Shown: in pieces, positions 25,860 through 34,615 of the stretch | Layout of the letters: each line of letters opens with the position of its first letter | How positions within the stretch are numbered: position 1 is the first letter of the stretch | IMG/VR virus record: IMGVR_UViG_3300010397_000018 | Coordinates: 1 to 48,519 of that record | Direction: 5' to 3' (one strand) | Length of the DNA stretch: 48,519 bases | Source of the DNA: a virus | Notes under the pieces: generated by a model | Database searches by the model: none | Seen by the model: only the letters and a program-made list of their open reading frames with translations | What the model was told of the DNA's origin: nothing | Made by a program: the position numbers and the translations under genes

Positions 25860-26294
25860 TTAGTTGATGCCGGTCTGCGTGCTGGTGTTGACGCTGTAGA
25901 TTTTCAGCAGGATGTAGGTCACGCCGTCACCCGCGGGCGTGCCGCCCTGCTTGTAGACGAGATCCGTGTCCGTCGTGAGGATCTTCTTTCCAACCGCGTT
26001 GCTGGCCGGGAGGAAGGTGCCACCCGTGGCAGCGGTCGCGGTGCTCGCGGCATTGATGAGGTCCGTGTAGCCGGAGGCGGTGTAGCCGACGCTCAGCGTC
26101 GGCGACGTGCCGCCATCAGCGGTCAGGACCACGATCTGCGCCTCGATGACCACCGGGGCGTACGTGCTGGCCTGCACCCGCATGAACGTCGTGGCGGTCG
26201 TGCTGGTGTTGCTGACGATGGGATAGGATTGCGTCGGGATGACGCTGCCCTGCCGGTCTCCGTAGATGCAGCCTGTGATGTTGGAATCGGCCAT
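25860..26294 (-). CDS. S/T-rich virion-module protein (144 aa), possible head fibre/decoration protein
   Basis: Directly downstream of the capsid gene; NTSTTATTF, AASTATAATGGTF stretches; start ATG 26294 is preceded by CCGAACC. Confidence 0.5.
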   Translation of the reverse strand: MADSNITGCIYGDRQGSVIPTQSYPIVSNTSTTATTFMRVQASTYAPVVIEAQIVVLTADGGTSPTLSVGYTASGYTDLINAASTATAATGGTFLPASNAVGKKILTTDTDLVYKQGGTPAGDGVTYILLKIYSVNTSTQTGIN

Positions 26295-26307
26295 GGTTCG
26301 GTGGTGG

Positions 26308-27267
26308 TTAGGAGCCGATCGACACGGCGCCGCGGTAGTCACGCACAAAGCCGACCCCGAAGCTGGTCGTGCAGCTCGTGTAGTAGGCGCGGGGGTTGAC
26401 CGGGCCAGCCGGGGCCAGCGGGTCCACCTCGTAGGGGATGCGCTCCAGCATGGAGACCGGGAACTTCTGCCCGTTCGGCGGCGCGAGGATGTACCACTTC
26501 GTCGAGCTGGTGAGCCAGTTGAGCGAGCGGTGGCGCAGCTTAAAGCTGGTGAGCACGTTGGTCGCGCGGTCCGCCGTGTTGGGCTTGTCCTGCGACTTCA
26601 CGATCTCATCGGCTGCCATGCCGAAGGACGGCGTGAGCGTCGGCGTGATGATCAGGAACTCCATGCCCCACGGCACGAAGCTGACCTTCGCGTAGTCCTG
26701 AAGACGCTTGAAGTAGCTGTTGATGATCAGCCACACGACCTCGGGGGTTGGCGGGACGCCCACGGCGTAGAGGTTGCTCCATGTGCCGGCGCCGTTCTCG
26801 TATTGGTGAACGGTCGAAAAGAACCGGCGCGCGGTGCCGTCGAGTTCCACGATGTTCTGCGTGAGGCCGTCGGTGTAGCCGTTGTTGTAGATGTCCGCCA
26901 CCACCTTGTCTTTCAGGCTGTTGACGGAACGCATCATGTCTCGGGCATTGTCGAGCGGCGCCCGGAAATACATGGTCTCGATGGCGGTCTTTTCCACCGT
27001 CACCTGCGATCGGTAGTTCGCGGTGCGGATGACCGACTTGTAGCCGGTGACGGGACTGACCTGCGGGAGCGGGTTCAGATCCTGCACCTGCGACGGAAAC
27101 GCGAGGCCCTGGATGCCCTGCATTTCGTTGGTGAGCTTCTGCGTGGTGTCCTGGCGCGCGAGATCAATCCATTCCCGCTCGGGGTCGAGGAAGATGTTTC
27201 GCTCCAACGACAGCAGGTTTTGGTTGTATGCCGCGAGGTAATTGACTGTATCGACTGGTGAAGGCAT
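26308..27267 (-). CDS. Major capsid protein (presumed HK97 fold)
   Basis: 319 aa, in the canonical position after the scaffold-like genes and before the connector/tail genes. The call rests on size and synteny only. Confidence 0.6.
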   Translation of the reverse strand: MPSPVDTVNYLAAYNQNLLSLERNIFLDPEREWIDLARQDTTQKLTNEMQGIQGLAFPSQVQDLNPLPQVSPVTGYKSVIRTANYRSQVTVEKTAIETMYFRAPLDNARDMMRSVNSLKDKVVADIYNNGYTDGLTQNIVELDGTARRFFSTVHQYENGAGTWSNLYAVGVPPTPEVVWLIINSYFKRLQDYAKVSFVPWGMEFLIITPTLTPSFGMAADEIVKSQDKPNTADRATNVLTSFKLRHRSLNWLTSSTKWYILAPPNGQKFPVSMLERIPYEVDPLAPAGPVNPRAYYTSCTTSFGVGFVRDYRGAVSIGS

Positions 27268-27288
27268 GGCCGGTGTGGGTTGGGTTGG

Positions 27289-27837
27289 TTACTGAATGGC
27301 GGAGCCGAGGATGCGGACGATCACGCGTCCGTTGTAATCGTCGGTGGCGTCACCGCCGACGAACGTCGGGGCTTGGACCTTGGCGACGACCTCGAAGATG
27401 TGCTTGGTCGCCGTGCCGGTGTCGCTGGCGTCGATGGCGAGAATCGCGGTGTTGGAACTGGCGAGGTAGCGGGCGCTGTAGAACGACCCGATCGTGACAT
27501 CGTTGATGGTCGTACTTCCGCTGCCGACGTTGCCGCTGCCATCCGTGATGTTCATCATGAACTCCTGGCCGCGCGGGTCCAGGGGCGCATGGTAAAGCCC
27601 ATTCGGAGACAGATACGGCTCCGTGGTCGAGGAGGTGGCCGCGTCCGTCATGAGGCCGTAAACGGTGGTGTCGTCCGCGACGTAAGCCGCGAGAACGCCG
27701 CTGGACACCTTCACCCAGGTTTGAGCCGGAATGGTGGTGTTACTGCCGTTGCTGAGTTGCGCGCGCTTCATCGCCGGGAAACCTGTTCCGGGCGAGTCGA
27801 AGAGGGCTGGGAATCCGAGTGGTGCTTGAGCTGCCAT
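27289..27837 (-). CDS. Candidate capsid decoration/auxiliary head protein (182 aa)
   Basis: Immediately upstream of the capsid gene; beta-rich, T/S/D-rich. Confidence 0.3.
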   Translation of the reverse strand: MAAQAPLGFPALFDSPGTGFPAMKRAQLSNGSNTTIPAQTWVKVSSGVLAAYVADDTTVYGLMTDAATSSTTEPYLSPNGLYHAPLDPRGQEFMMNITDGSGNVGSGSTTINDVTIGSFYSARYLASSNTAILAIDASDTGTATKHIFEVVAKVQAPTFVGGDATDDYNGRVIVRILGSAIQ

Positions 27838-27843
27838 GATGAG

Positions 27844-28434
27844 TTATTGGGTTGCTGGTTGAGATTTCTTGGCCGCGCGCGCGGCAGCCATCCGGACGCC
27901 TGCGGCGGCCCGACGTTCCGGCGTCCATCCCGAGGAGCGCGCCTTCTGCTCCGGCATCTGCTCGTGCTCGGTCGGCGTTCGGACGATTTCCTGCTCGCTG
28001 ATGGTGAGTTCTTCGATCTGGCGGCTGGCGTACTGGTCGGCCATGTTTCGGGCTTTCAGTTGCTCGTCGTTGAGCAGCTTCTCGCGCCGGCACATTTCGG
28101 TGCTGTCCTGCGATTCCATCTGCGTCTTCTTCTCCACGTCTGCGATTGGGCAGATGAGCTGGCGAACCACGGCGCCGCTGGGCAGCGTGACATCGTTCGG
28201 CTTGCCGTCCCGGTCGTGAAACTCGTCCCACTTCAGGCGGTGCTGGCCGTGCTGGCCAAAGGCGATGCCGTTATTAACGGCCTGCCCCAGGTGCGGGAAG
28301 TGCGAGCCGCTGCTTCCGCCCACGGCGGCGAACATCACGCCATACCGTTTGGTGTCGGTGTCGGAGTGGGGTGCGAACATCCCGTGCGCGGTTTGCGCTC
28401 GGGGAGCTACATCGGTAATGAGATGCGAGGGCAT
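27844..28434 (-). CDS. Head-assembly protein with a charged coiled-coil C-terminal half (196 aa)
   Basis: ATG 28434 preceded by CACCGAAAC (the ORF track opens at TTG 28446); C-terminal EKLLNDEQLKARNMADQYASRQIEELTISEQE. Confidence 0.4.
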   Translation of the reverse strand: MPSHLITDVAPRAQTAHGMFAPHSDTDTKRYGVMFAAVGGSSGSHFPHLGQAVNNGIAFGQHGQHRLKWDEFHDRDGKPNDVTLPSGAVVRQLICPIADVEKKTQMESQDSTEMCRREKLLNDEQLKARNMADQYASRQIEELTISEQEIVRTPTEHEQMPEQKARSSGWTPERRAAAGVRMAAARAAKKSQPATQ

Positions 28435-28450
28435 GTTTCGGTGCAAATGG

Positions 28451-29269
28451 TTAAGGTTGAGGAGCGTTCAGTGGCAGCTTCAGGTAGGAAGCCATTTCGG
28501 CGGCCAGCGCGGTCTGTTGCGGGCTCGGCGTGTTGTGCTGAACTGGTGGCGGCGGATACTGGCCGGGCGAGCCCCCAAAGCTGATGGGCGGCATCCCTGC
28601 GGGCCGGAATCCTGGCATCGGCTGCGGAGCGGGCGGCGTTGGATTGGCCGCTTTCCACGGTTCATGTTTCAGTGCCCACGCTTGAGCGCCGAGGAACTTC
28701 GCGTATTCGGGAGTCAGTGCCCGCAAATTGCCCTGTTGGGCCGTCTGCTGGATGCTGTCCCAGACTTCGCGGGCGATGTTCTGATCGGCGAAAAGCTCCG
28801 GGTTCGCGTCGGCCGCGGCCTGCATGACCTGTTGAGCGAGCGAAGAGCCCTGAAGCTGCGCCTGAAGCTGCTGGTTGTGCTGCATCAGCGGCGCATTCTC
28901 GGCCTGCATCATCGCCACAAAGACGCGGGCGTCTTCGATGTTGATGTTGAACTGCTTCGCGTATGCGGCGGCTTTGGTTTCAACCGGGTCTACTTGTGGC
29001 ATCACTCCGGCCATGGCTCGCAGCCGGGCCTCGGCTTGGTCCTTTTGGGACTGAAGCGCTCGGGCATGGAGTTGAGCCTGCTCAAGTTCCCGCTGAAGCT
29101 TGGTAGCGTCGGGTGCGGGAGGTGTCGGTGGCGCTGGCGGCGGAGTTGCGGCTGGCGTGTTCGCGGGCGCCGGATTCGGCGTAGGCGATGGTTGAGGTTG
29201 TCCCGGTTGTGGGCTGATGCCTTGCGGTTGACCAGCGGGAGCCGGAAGCCCCGGATTTGTTTCGCTCAT
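28451..29269 (-). CDS. Scaffolding protein candidate
   Basis: P/Q-rich termini flank a long helical, Q/A/E-rich core (LQRELEQAQLHARALQSQKDQAEARL...). Position between portal and capsid. ATG 29269 has the CCGAAGT context; alternative TTG at 29293. Confidence 0.55.
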   Translation of the reverse strand: MSETNPGLPAPAGQPQGISPQPGQPQPSPTPNPAPANTPAATPPPAPPTPPAPDATKLQRELEQAQLHARALQSQKDQAEARLRAMAGVMPQVDPVETKAAAYAKQFNINIEDARVFVAMMQAENAPLMQHNQQLQAQLQGSSLAQQVMQAAADANPELFADQNIAREVWDSIQQTAQQGNLRALTPEYAKFLGAQAWALKHEPWKAANPTPPAPQPMPGFRPAGMPPISFGGSPGQYPPPPVQHNTPSPQQTALAAEMASYLKLPLNAPQP

Positions 29270-29289
29270 ACTTCGGTGTGTGTTATATG

Positions 29290-29547
29290 TCAACCACTAT
29301 TTTCGCCAGTGGCTGGCGGCGTTTGTTGCTCTCGCAAAAATTCGTTCACGTCCTGCGCGATGGAGGGGATGTCTTTCCCGTAGGTTTCCGCCGCGGCTTG
29401 CGCCTTGGCGATTCGCACCGCATCAAGGGGATCAGTGGTTCGCAGGAGCTTTTCAGCCAGCTTCATGCGTCTCTCGCACACCTGCGCGAGACCTTCCTGC
29501 CATCCTTGGTTTACGAATACTGCGCACTCTTCACGGGAGAGATTCAA
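29290..29547 (-). CDS. Hypothetical protein (85 aa)
   Basis: TTG 29547 forms a TTGA overlap with the upstream stop. The start is uncertain; an internal ATG (MKLAEKLL) is also possible. Confidence 0.4.
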   Translation of the reverse strand: MNLSREECAVFVNQGWQEGLAQVCERRMKLAEKLLRTTDPLDAVRIAKAQAAAETYGKDIPSIAQDVNEFLREQQTPPATGENSG

Positions 29548-29891
29548 GCGGCGTCCTCCTTGGGAATGTAGAGTTCCACTTCGTTGCGCTTCACGCGATG
29601 CAGCGTGCGGCCCTCGATCTCGAAGTGGCCGGCGCCATTGCCGAAAAAGACAATCTCGGTTCCGGTGGGCAAATACCCCTCGCGACTCGCGCGCTGGCAA
29701 TTCCCATCGTTCACCATCATGGCGTTATAGCTAATGGCGTTCGGTTGGATGATGCGCCCGCGGTTGCCGATGGGGCCAAACTCCACAATCGCAAATCCTG
29801 GCATGGCCTTGATGGCCGTTTGCGGCGGCGTCCAGTTCTTGCGCCACTCCTCGTACTCGGCATCGGCTACGGCTCCCTGTGGAAAATTCAT
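29544..29891 (-). CDS. GroES/Cpn10-like small beta protein (115 aa)
   Basis: PGFAIVEFGPIGNRGRIIQP...LPTGTEIVFFGNGAGHFEIEGRTLHRVKRNEVELYIP resembles the Cpn10 layout (mobile-loop region plus GD.V.f...g..v..dG.ey.i....di.a); ATGA overlap with the portal stop. Confidence 0.35.
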   Translation of the reverse strand: MNFPQGAVADAEYEEWRKNWTPPQTAIKAMPGFAIVEFGPIGNRGRIIQPNAISYNAMMVNDGNCQRASREGYLPTGTEIVFFGNGAGHFEIEGRTLHRVKRNEVELYIPKEDAA

Positions 29892-32281
29892 GCGGCGGCT
29901 CCCTCTGGCGCTTGTTGCTGTTGCATAAATTGGCCGTGACCCTGCGGGGGCTGCTTTCCTTTCGCTGGGGGTGCAGAGCGTGGCGGATTGAGGGCCTGTT
30001 GCTGCGCAAGCTGCTGCTGAAATTGCATGGCCTGCTGCTGCGCGAAAAGTTGCTGTTGCTGCATGAGGCGCTGGTAAAGCAGGGGGATGTAGGTCGGATA
30101 CTGCTGAGCCCAATACGGATCTTGCAGCGCGGCCTCGAAAGCGCCGATGAACACCTCGTGCGGATCGCTCGGAAGGGCCGGGTCAGGAATGCCGTAGGCG
30201 AGGATCTTGTTGATGATGTTCAACGCCTTCGCCTGCGCGATACGCATCCCGTTGTCGGGCACCTTGGCGTCAATGCCCGCGAGCTTGAAATACTGGTTCC
30301 AGAGATCGGCGCGGATCGGCGCGAGCGTTGGGTCCATGGCGCTGGTTTGCAGGAGCGTCAAAAGCCCCTGCGCCATCGCCATCTTTTTCAGGAACTCTTT
30401 CGCAACGGCGGTGAAGATGCGGCAGGCTCCAAAGTAGGTGCGGCCGGTCAGTCGCATCACGTAATCGCGATCCCCGAAATGCTCGGTGTTCCACTGGATG
30501 AGCCGCGCGTATCCGCCTGAAATGTGGTGGTTGAAACGATCCACCATGATCACGAGCGGATTTTTCGCGGCATCGGTGGCCTCCCCGACTTCCAGCGCGG
30601 AGCGCCGCCCCTGCGCCAGTTCGCCGAGAAGCGTGTCTGTGGCGCCAAAGATGGATTGGATCTTCGCGTCGCAGCGGTCGATGTAGGGAATCAGCGTGAC
30701 CGAATCGTCGTAGCTACTCTGCTCGCACCGCTGGGCCTCGCGTGGGTCGGTCTCCCACGGGATCTTTACGCCGGCCGCGTTGAAGTTCTGCACCTTGTAG
30801 GCCGGGCTGTCGATCTGCACCTTCCACCCACGATTGATAGTTTGCTCCTTCGACTGCTCAAATTGGCATTCCGCCCGGGTAACCTGCTCGCACGCCAAGA
30901 GCATGATCTCGCTCTTACTCATCGGAATTGTCGCCGCGTCGTCCTCCACGAGATCCGCGCCGAAGAGGATCGGGATCGGCATTCCTTCCGGCATCTCCTG
31001 AATGCGGAGACACGTGGTTTGCAGCGTCAGGTCGCCGTAGAGATTGACGACGTAGCGCTTCTGCGGCGGGTGAACCTTTCCAGTGCCCTGGCACGTCGGG
31101 CAAGAAACTGGCCCGCTCGATACGCTGCTTCCATCGGGAGCCGTGGTGGCCGGTGGCGTGATTTGCCGCTGCCCCATGCATTGCGGACACTGGACGCCTT
31201 CTCCGGTGTCGAGATTTCCCTGCTCGTCGATGGCGAGCAAGGGATACATCGTCCACCGCTTGTGCGCCCGATCCCGGTTGAGGCCGCCGCCCACTTGGTC
31301 ATTCAGGTTGTAGCGCAGGCGCAGCCGGTCGCGCATTGGCTGCATGTCCACGTCGTTCAGACAAAAGTGGCCCTTGTCCGTTGTGATCGCGAGATCCACG
31401 TTGAGGTAGCCGAATGGGTTGGATTTCGCGTCGTAGCGGTTGCCGTCCAGGTCTGCGTTGGTGACGAACTCGCGCACCATCGGGCATGGCTGCGATTCAA
31501 TCGGGAACATCCGCACGAACGGATCGATCATGATGTCGTCGTAGTGCAGCGGGTTAAACGCTGTGGTGAGCTGCTGGCGCGTCTCGTGGAAGGCGATTCC
31601 TGGCCCCTGCGGCGTTTGCGCGATCTGCGGCTGCATGTCTTGGTGCTGGGCCAAGAGTTGCGCTAGCTCCATCTGGCTCCGAACGGGGACGGGCGGATGG
31701 ACGTAATCCACGTACCGCAATTCGAACGGGCAATGGACGGCGTTGTAGCCGTACTTCGCGAAGCACCCGAACGCCTGGCGGTGCTTGTCTCGAAAGCCGA
31801 CCTTCTCGCAATTCTGCCGGATGATGGAGTTGAGGGCCTTCGCCGATTGCGCCGTGGGCTGATAAAAAAACTCTTCATCCACATCCTCGGGGACCTCGGC
31901 GCGCATCGGCAGCCCGTCCTCGAAGCTCAGAATCTCGCCGATGTCCGTCACGGCTTTGATCTGCTTGAAGGGCATCACGGACTGCCCCTTGGCGCTTTGG
32001 CCGTCCTGCGGAATAGGTGTGGTGGCTTTTTGGGACGCCTGCGTTACCGCCGTGGTGTTGATGTCCGCGACCGAACTGCGGACACGCCACGCGTAATCAA
32101 TGCGGCGATTGGCATTCCAGAAACGCTGCTGCATCAGCTCGTACGGCCACCAGTATTCTTGCGATAGATACTGCGTGACCGCTTTGCACAGCTTCTCGTT
32201 CCCGGCCAAATTCGGGCCGATGATGGGCGGATGCTCATCGATGGCCGAGCTTGTTTCGTTTCCAGTCCATGGAGAAATCAT
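29888..32281 (-). CDS. Portal protein (797 aa) with an internal zinc-finger insertion and a Q-rich tail
   Basis: Largest head-module gene, between TerL and the scaffold. The call rests on size and synteny. Contains CPQCMGQR...CPTCQGTGK and a C-terminal QQRLMQQQQLFAQQQAMQFQQQLAQQQ. Confidence 0.6.
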   Translation of the reverse strand: MISPWTGNETSSAIDEHPPIIGPNLAGNEKLCKAVTQYLSQEYWWPYELMQQRFWNANRRIDYAWRVRSSVADINTTAVTQASQKATTPIPQDGQSAKGQSVMPFKQIKAVTDIGEILSFEDGLPMRAEVPEDVDEEFFYQPTAQSAKALNSIIRQNCEKVGFRDKHRQAFGCFAKYGYNAVHCPFELRYVDYVHPPVPVRSQMELAQLLAQHQDMQPQIAQTPQGPGIAFHETRQQLTTAFNPLHYDDIMIDPFVRMFPIESQPCPMVREFVTNADLDGNRYDAKSNPFGYLNVDLAITTDKGHFCLNDVDMQPMRDRLRLRYNLNDQVGGGLNRDRAHKRWTMYPLLAIDEQGNLDTGEGVQCPQCMGQRQITPPATTAPDGSSVSSGPVSCPTCQGTGKVHPPQKRYVVNLYGDLTLQTTCLRIQEMPEGMPIPILFGADLVEDDAATIPMSKSEIMLLACEQVTRAECQFEQSKEQTINRGWKVQIDSPAYKVQNFNAAGVKIPWETDPREAQRCEQSSYDDSVTLIPYIDRCDAKIQSIFGATDTLLGELAQGRRSALEVGEATDAAKNPLVIMVDRFNHHISGGYARLIQWNTEHFGDRDYVMRLTGRTYFGACRIFTAVAKEFLKKMAMAQGLLTLLQTSAMDPTLAPIRADLWNQYFKLAGIDAKVPDNGMRIAQAKALNIINKILAYGIPDPALPSDPHEVFIGAFEAALQDPYWAQQYPTYIPLLYQRLMQQQQLFAQQQAMQFQQQLAQQQALNPPRSAPPAKGKQPPQGHGQFMQQQQAPEGAAA

Positions 32282-32318
32282 GCTTCGGTATCGCTACTAA
32301 ACCCGTTGAGCTGGAGTG

Positions 32319-33017
32319 TCAATGCCATTCATGGCCATGTTTCGGAAGATCCGCGTGCAGCGCCACCGTGTAAGTGTCGATTCCAACCTTGAGTCCGCAC
32401 TCGCGCGCCAGCTTGCAGACGCCGTACCAGCCAGTGAACGCGGGGTGATCAGGAACGCCAGCCATGGAGAAGATGTCAGCCGGCGCGAGGAACATCATGC
32501 CCACCACGTCCATCTCCACAAAGCGCTCCTGTTGGGGCAGCGGATGGCCGTCGAAGTCATGCCAGTAGGGCGCGTCATGCTTCAGGTTCCGGCCAGCGAT
32601 GTTACCCGGCGTGTTGGGCGCCACACCGTCGGTGCCCTTCTGGATGCACGCGGCGGTGTCGTAGAGCCGCGGCGTGCCTTCGATGAGCGGCAGCGGCGCG
32701 GTGATCCCCGTGGGGTTCACGCTCAGCAGGCGGCTGCACACGTCGGCTGGGTAATCGATCACGTCGGCGTCCACCCAGAGAACGAAGTCCCACTGTCCCA
32801 GGTCCACGGCGCGCACGCACCGGTCCGCCACGCGGCAAAGGCGGCTCCATGGGCTCGCCTCGTTCGGCAGGCTCTCGCCCTCGCGGAAGTCCAGCCAGAG
32901 CCCAAACTCGTGCTCTTTATCCGAGGCAATCGCGCGGTGCGCAAGCCCCATGGCTCGGCATTGGAGCGCGTAGTTTAGCTTCCGATGTATCGGCGAACAG
33001 ATGAGGATTCTTGCCAT
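32319..33017 (-). CDS. GT-A fold glycosyltransferase (DxD)
   Basis: ILICSPIH N-terminal strand, FVLWVDADVIDYP DxD motif, MDVVGMMFLAP; start trimmed to MARILIC (ATG 33017, overlapping the upstream gene by 43 nt). Confidence 0.6.
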   Translation of the reverse strand: MARILICSPIHRKLNYALQCRAMGLAHRAIASDKEHEFGLWLDFREGESLPNEASPWSRLCRVADRCVRAVDLGQWDFVLWVDADVIDYPADVCSRLLSVNPTGITAPLPLIEGTPRLYDTAACIQKGTDGVAPNTPGNIAGRNLKHDAPYWHDFDGHPLPQQERFVEMDVVGMMFLAPADIFSMAGVPDHPAFTGWYGVCKLARECGLKVGIDTYTVALHADLPKHGHEWH

Positions 33018-33580
33018 ATGGTCATGAGTTGGCGGCGGTTCGGGACATTGGCCCAATGCCGGATCAGGGTGTGCGGCCCTGCGTTGTGCTCGAAAGCGTT
33101 CCACGTGCTGCGGTCGAGGTAATGCACGTCGAGATCGTCGATGAACGTGTTGAGGACGCCCTGCTCGTTCCACGGCGTCTGCGCATATTTCGGATCTTTG
33201 TATCCGGCGTAAACGCGATCCAGCGCCGCGAACGCCTCGGGGCACTGGCGCCAGCACATCACGCCAGAGTTGGCGTGCCCTTCGTCGCGAGTGATGGCCA
33301 GCGTGTAATCGCCCAGCAGTTCCCAAGTCTCAGCCTGCGTGGGCGGCCGCAGCATCACGGCGTCGGCGTCGATGCACAGGACGTAGGGGTGCGATTCTAG
33401 TAGGCGGCGGATGATCTGGATCTTGGCCCAGTACGGCGGCCGGTCGTAATCATCCTTGATGTATTCGAAATCGTAGGCGAACGCCGGGAGCCCGCGAATC
33501 GCGCGCTTGATGGACTCCCCGGAAATGATGGCCTCGCCCATCATCTTGTAGTTGGCCGAGCCGGAAATCAGGATAGGCAC
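32975..33580 (-). CDS. Nucleotide-diphospho-sugar glycosyltransferase (GT34/GT8-like)
   Basis: PILISGSANY, PPYWAKIQIIRRLLESHPYVLCIDADAVML (DxD), HANSGVMCWRQC, WNEQGVLN; GTG 33580 overlaps the 3' end of the upstream gene. Confidence 0.65.
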   Translation of the reverse strand: MPILISGSANYKMMGEAIISGESIKRAIRGLPAFAYDFEYIKDDYDRPPYWAKIQIIRRLLESHPYVLCIDADAVMLRPPTQAETWELLGDYTLAITRDEGHANSGVMCWRQCPEAFAALDRVYAGYKDPKYAQTPWNEQGVLNTFIDDLDVHYLDRSTWNAFEHNAGPHTLIRHWANVPNRRQLMTIWQESSSVRRYIGS

Positions 33581-34611
33581 AGCAGCTCCTTTGCTTTGGC
33601 GACGACGACCTCGGGGGAAATTGCCGCGAGGGCAGCGCACGATTTACCATCAAAGCTTGGCGCGTCCTTACACTGATGCGGCAGGACGAAGAGATGACTG
33701 CGGCAGGGAGCGTGCGGACAGGCGCGGAAGCCGACAATCGGGTGGTGATTGCGGTAATAGCGGATGCGGTCGCCGGGATGGAAGAGACCCCATAGCGAAA
33801 TCACAGGCACATGCGGGAATGCGGCCGCGAGGTGGCCAATGCTGCTGTCTGGGCAAATGACGATGGAGGCAAATTTCACGTATGGAATCATCGCGCGGAA
33901 GGTGCGCCACTTTTGCTTTTCTCCGGCCTCAACGACGAAGATTCCCTCTAGTTGGAGACGGAGAATTAGTTCCTTCGTATGGGGCCAATCTCGATTGCCA
34001 TTGCTGCATCCGTTCTGGATGAAAACGTACTGGCCTTCGATTGGGGGCTTCCCATCAAAGATGTTGTCGTCGTCCTTTTCCACCACCACCGGAATCTTCC
34101 GGTCGCTCGGCACACTCGCCGGATCGATGCCCGCGAAGGCCAGCATGTTATCGATCGCGCATCGCTGGTCCGGCTCGCTGTCCGACTCCAGCATGTTCTC
34201 GTAAAACAAATGCTGGTCACCGCGGACCTCATCGAGCACCGGAAATCCGGGGCGGACGTTCACGCCCAGCCCATGCCACAGGTCCACGTTGCTCGGCCGG
34301 CAGTAGAGATCAATCTGCGCCTCGGGATTTCGCCGGCGGATCTCTGCCACGACGGCCGTCGCCATCAGGGTGTCGCCGATGGCGCCGTGGCGATAGATTG
34401 CCAGCCGTCCGCTGCCGAGCGGCTGGCCATGGTATCGGTTCTCGTACGAGTTGAAATGCGAGAGCCGATACTCCACTTCGGCGCCGAGCCTTTCGATGAG
34501 CCCCGATTCTAGCGTGCGCGCCATGCCCGTCGGCACGACGTAGCGCACGCCAGGCTGAAAGACGGTGCCGTCCTTAGTGTCGATCTGATGCGGGCTGGAA
34601 AAGATGTGCAT
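33568..34611 (-). CDS. GT9-family glycosyltransferase (heptosyltransferase-like)
   Basis: RLAIYRHGAIGDTLMATAVVAEIRRRNPEAQIDL (GT9 N-terminal signature) and ICPDSSIGHLAAAFPHVPVISLWG (DSGpmHLAAA...P.v.lfG); ATG 34611 lies 5 nt after the TerL stop. Confidence 0.75.
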   Translation of the reverse strand: MHIFSSPHQIDTKDGTVFQPGVRYVVPTGMARTLESGLIERLGAEVEYRLSHFNSYENRYHGQPLGSGRLAIYRHGAIGDTLMATAVVAEIRRRNPEAQIDLYCRPSNVDLWHGLGVNVRPGFPVLDEVRGDQHLFYENMLESDSEPDQRCAIDNMLAFAGIDPASVPSDRKIPVVVEKDDDNIFDGKPPIEGQYVFIQNGCSNGNRDWPHTKELILRLQLEGIFVVEAGEKQKWRTFRAMIPYVKFASIVICPDSSIGHLAAAFPHVPVISLWGLFHPGDRIRYYRNHHPIVGFRACPHAPCRSHLFVLPHQCKDAPSFDGKSCAALAAISPEVVVAKAKELLCLS

Positions 34612-34615
34612 GGAA

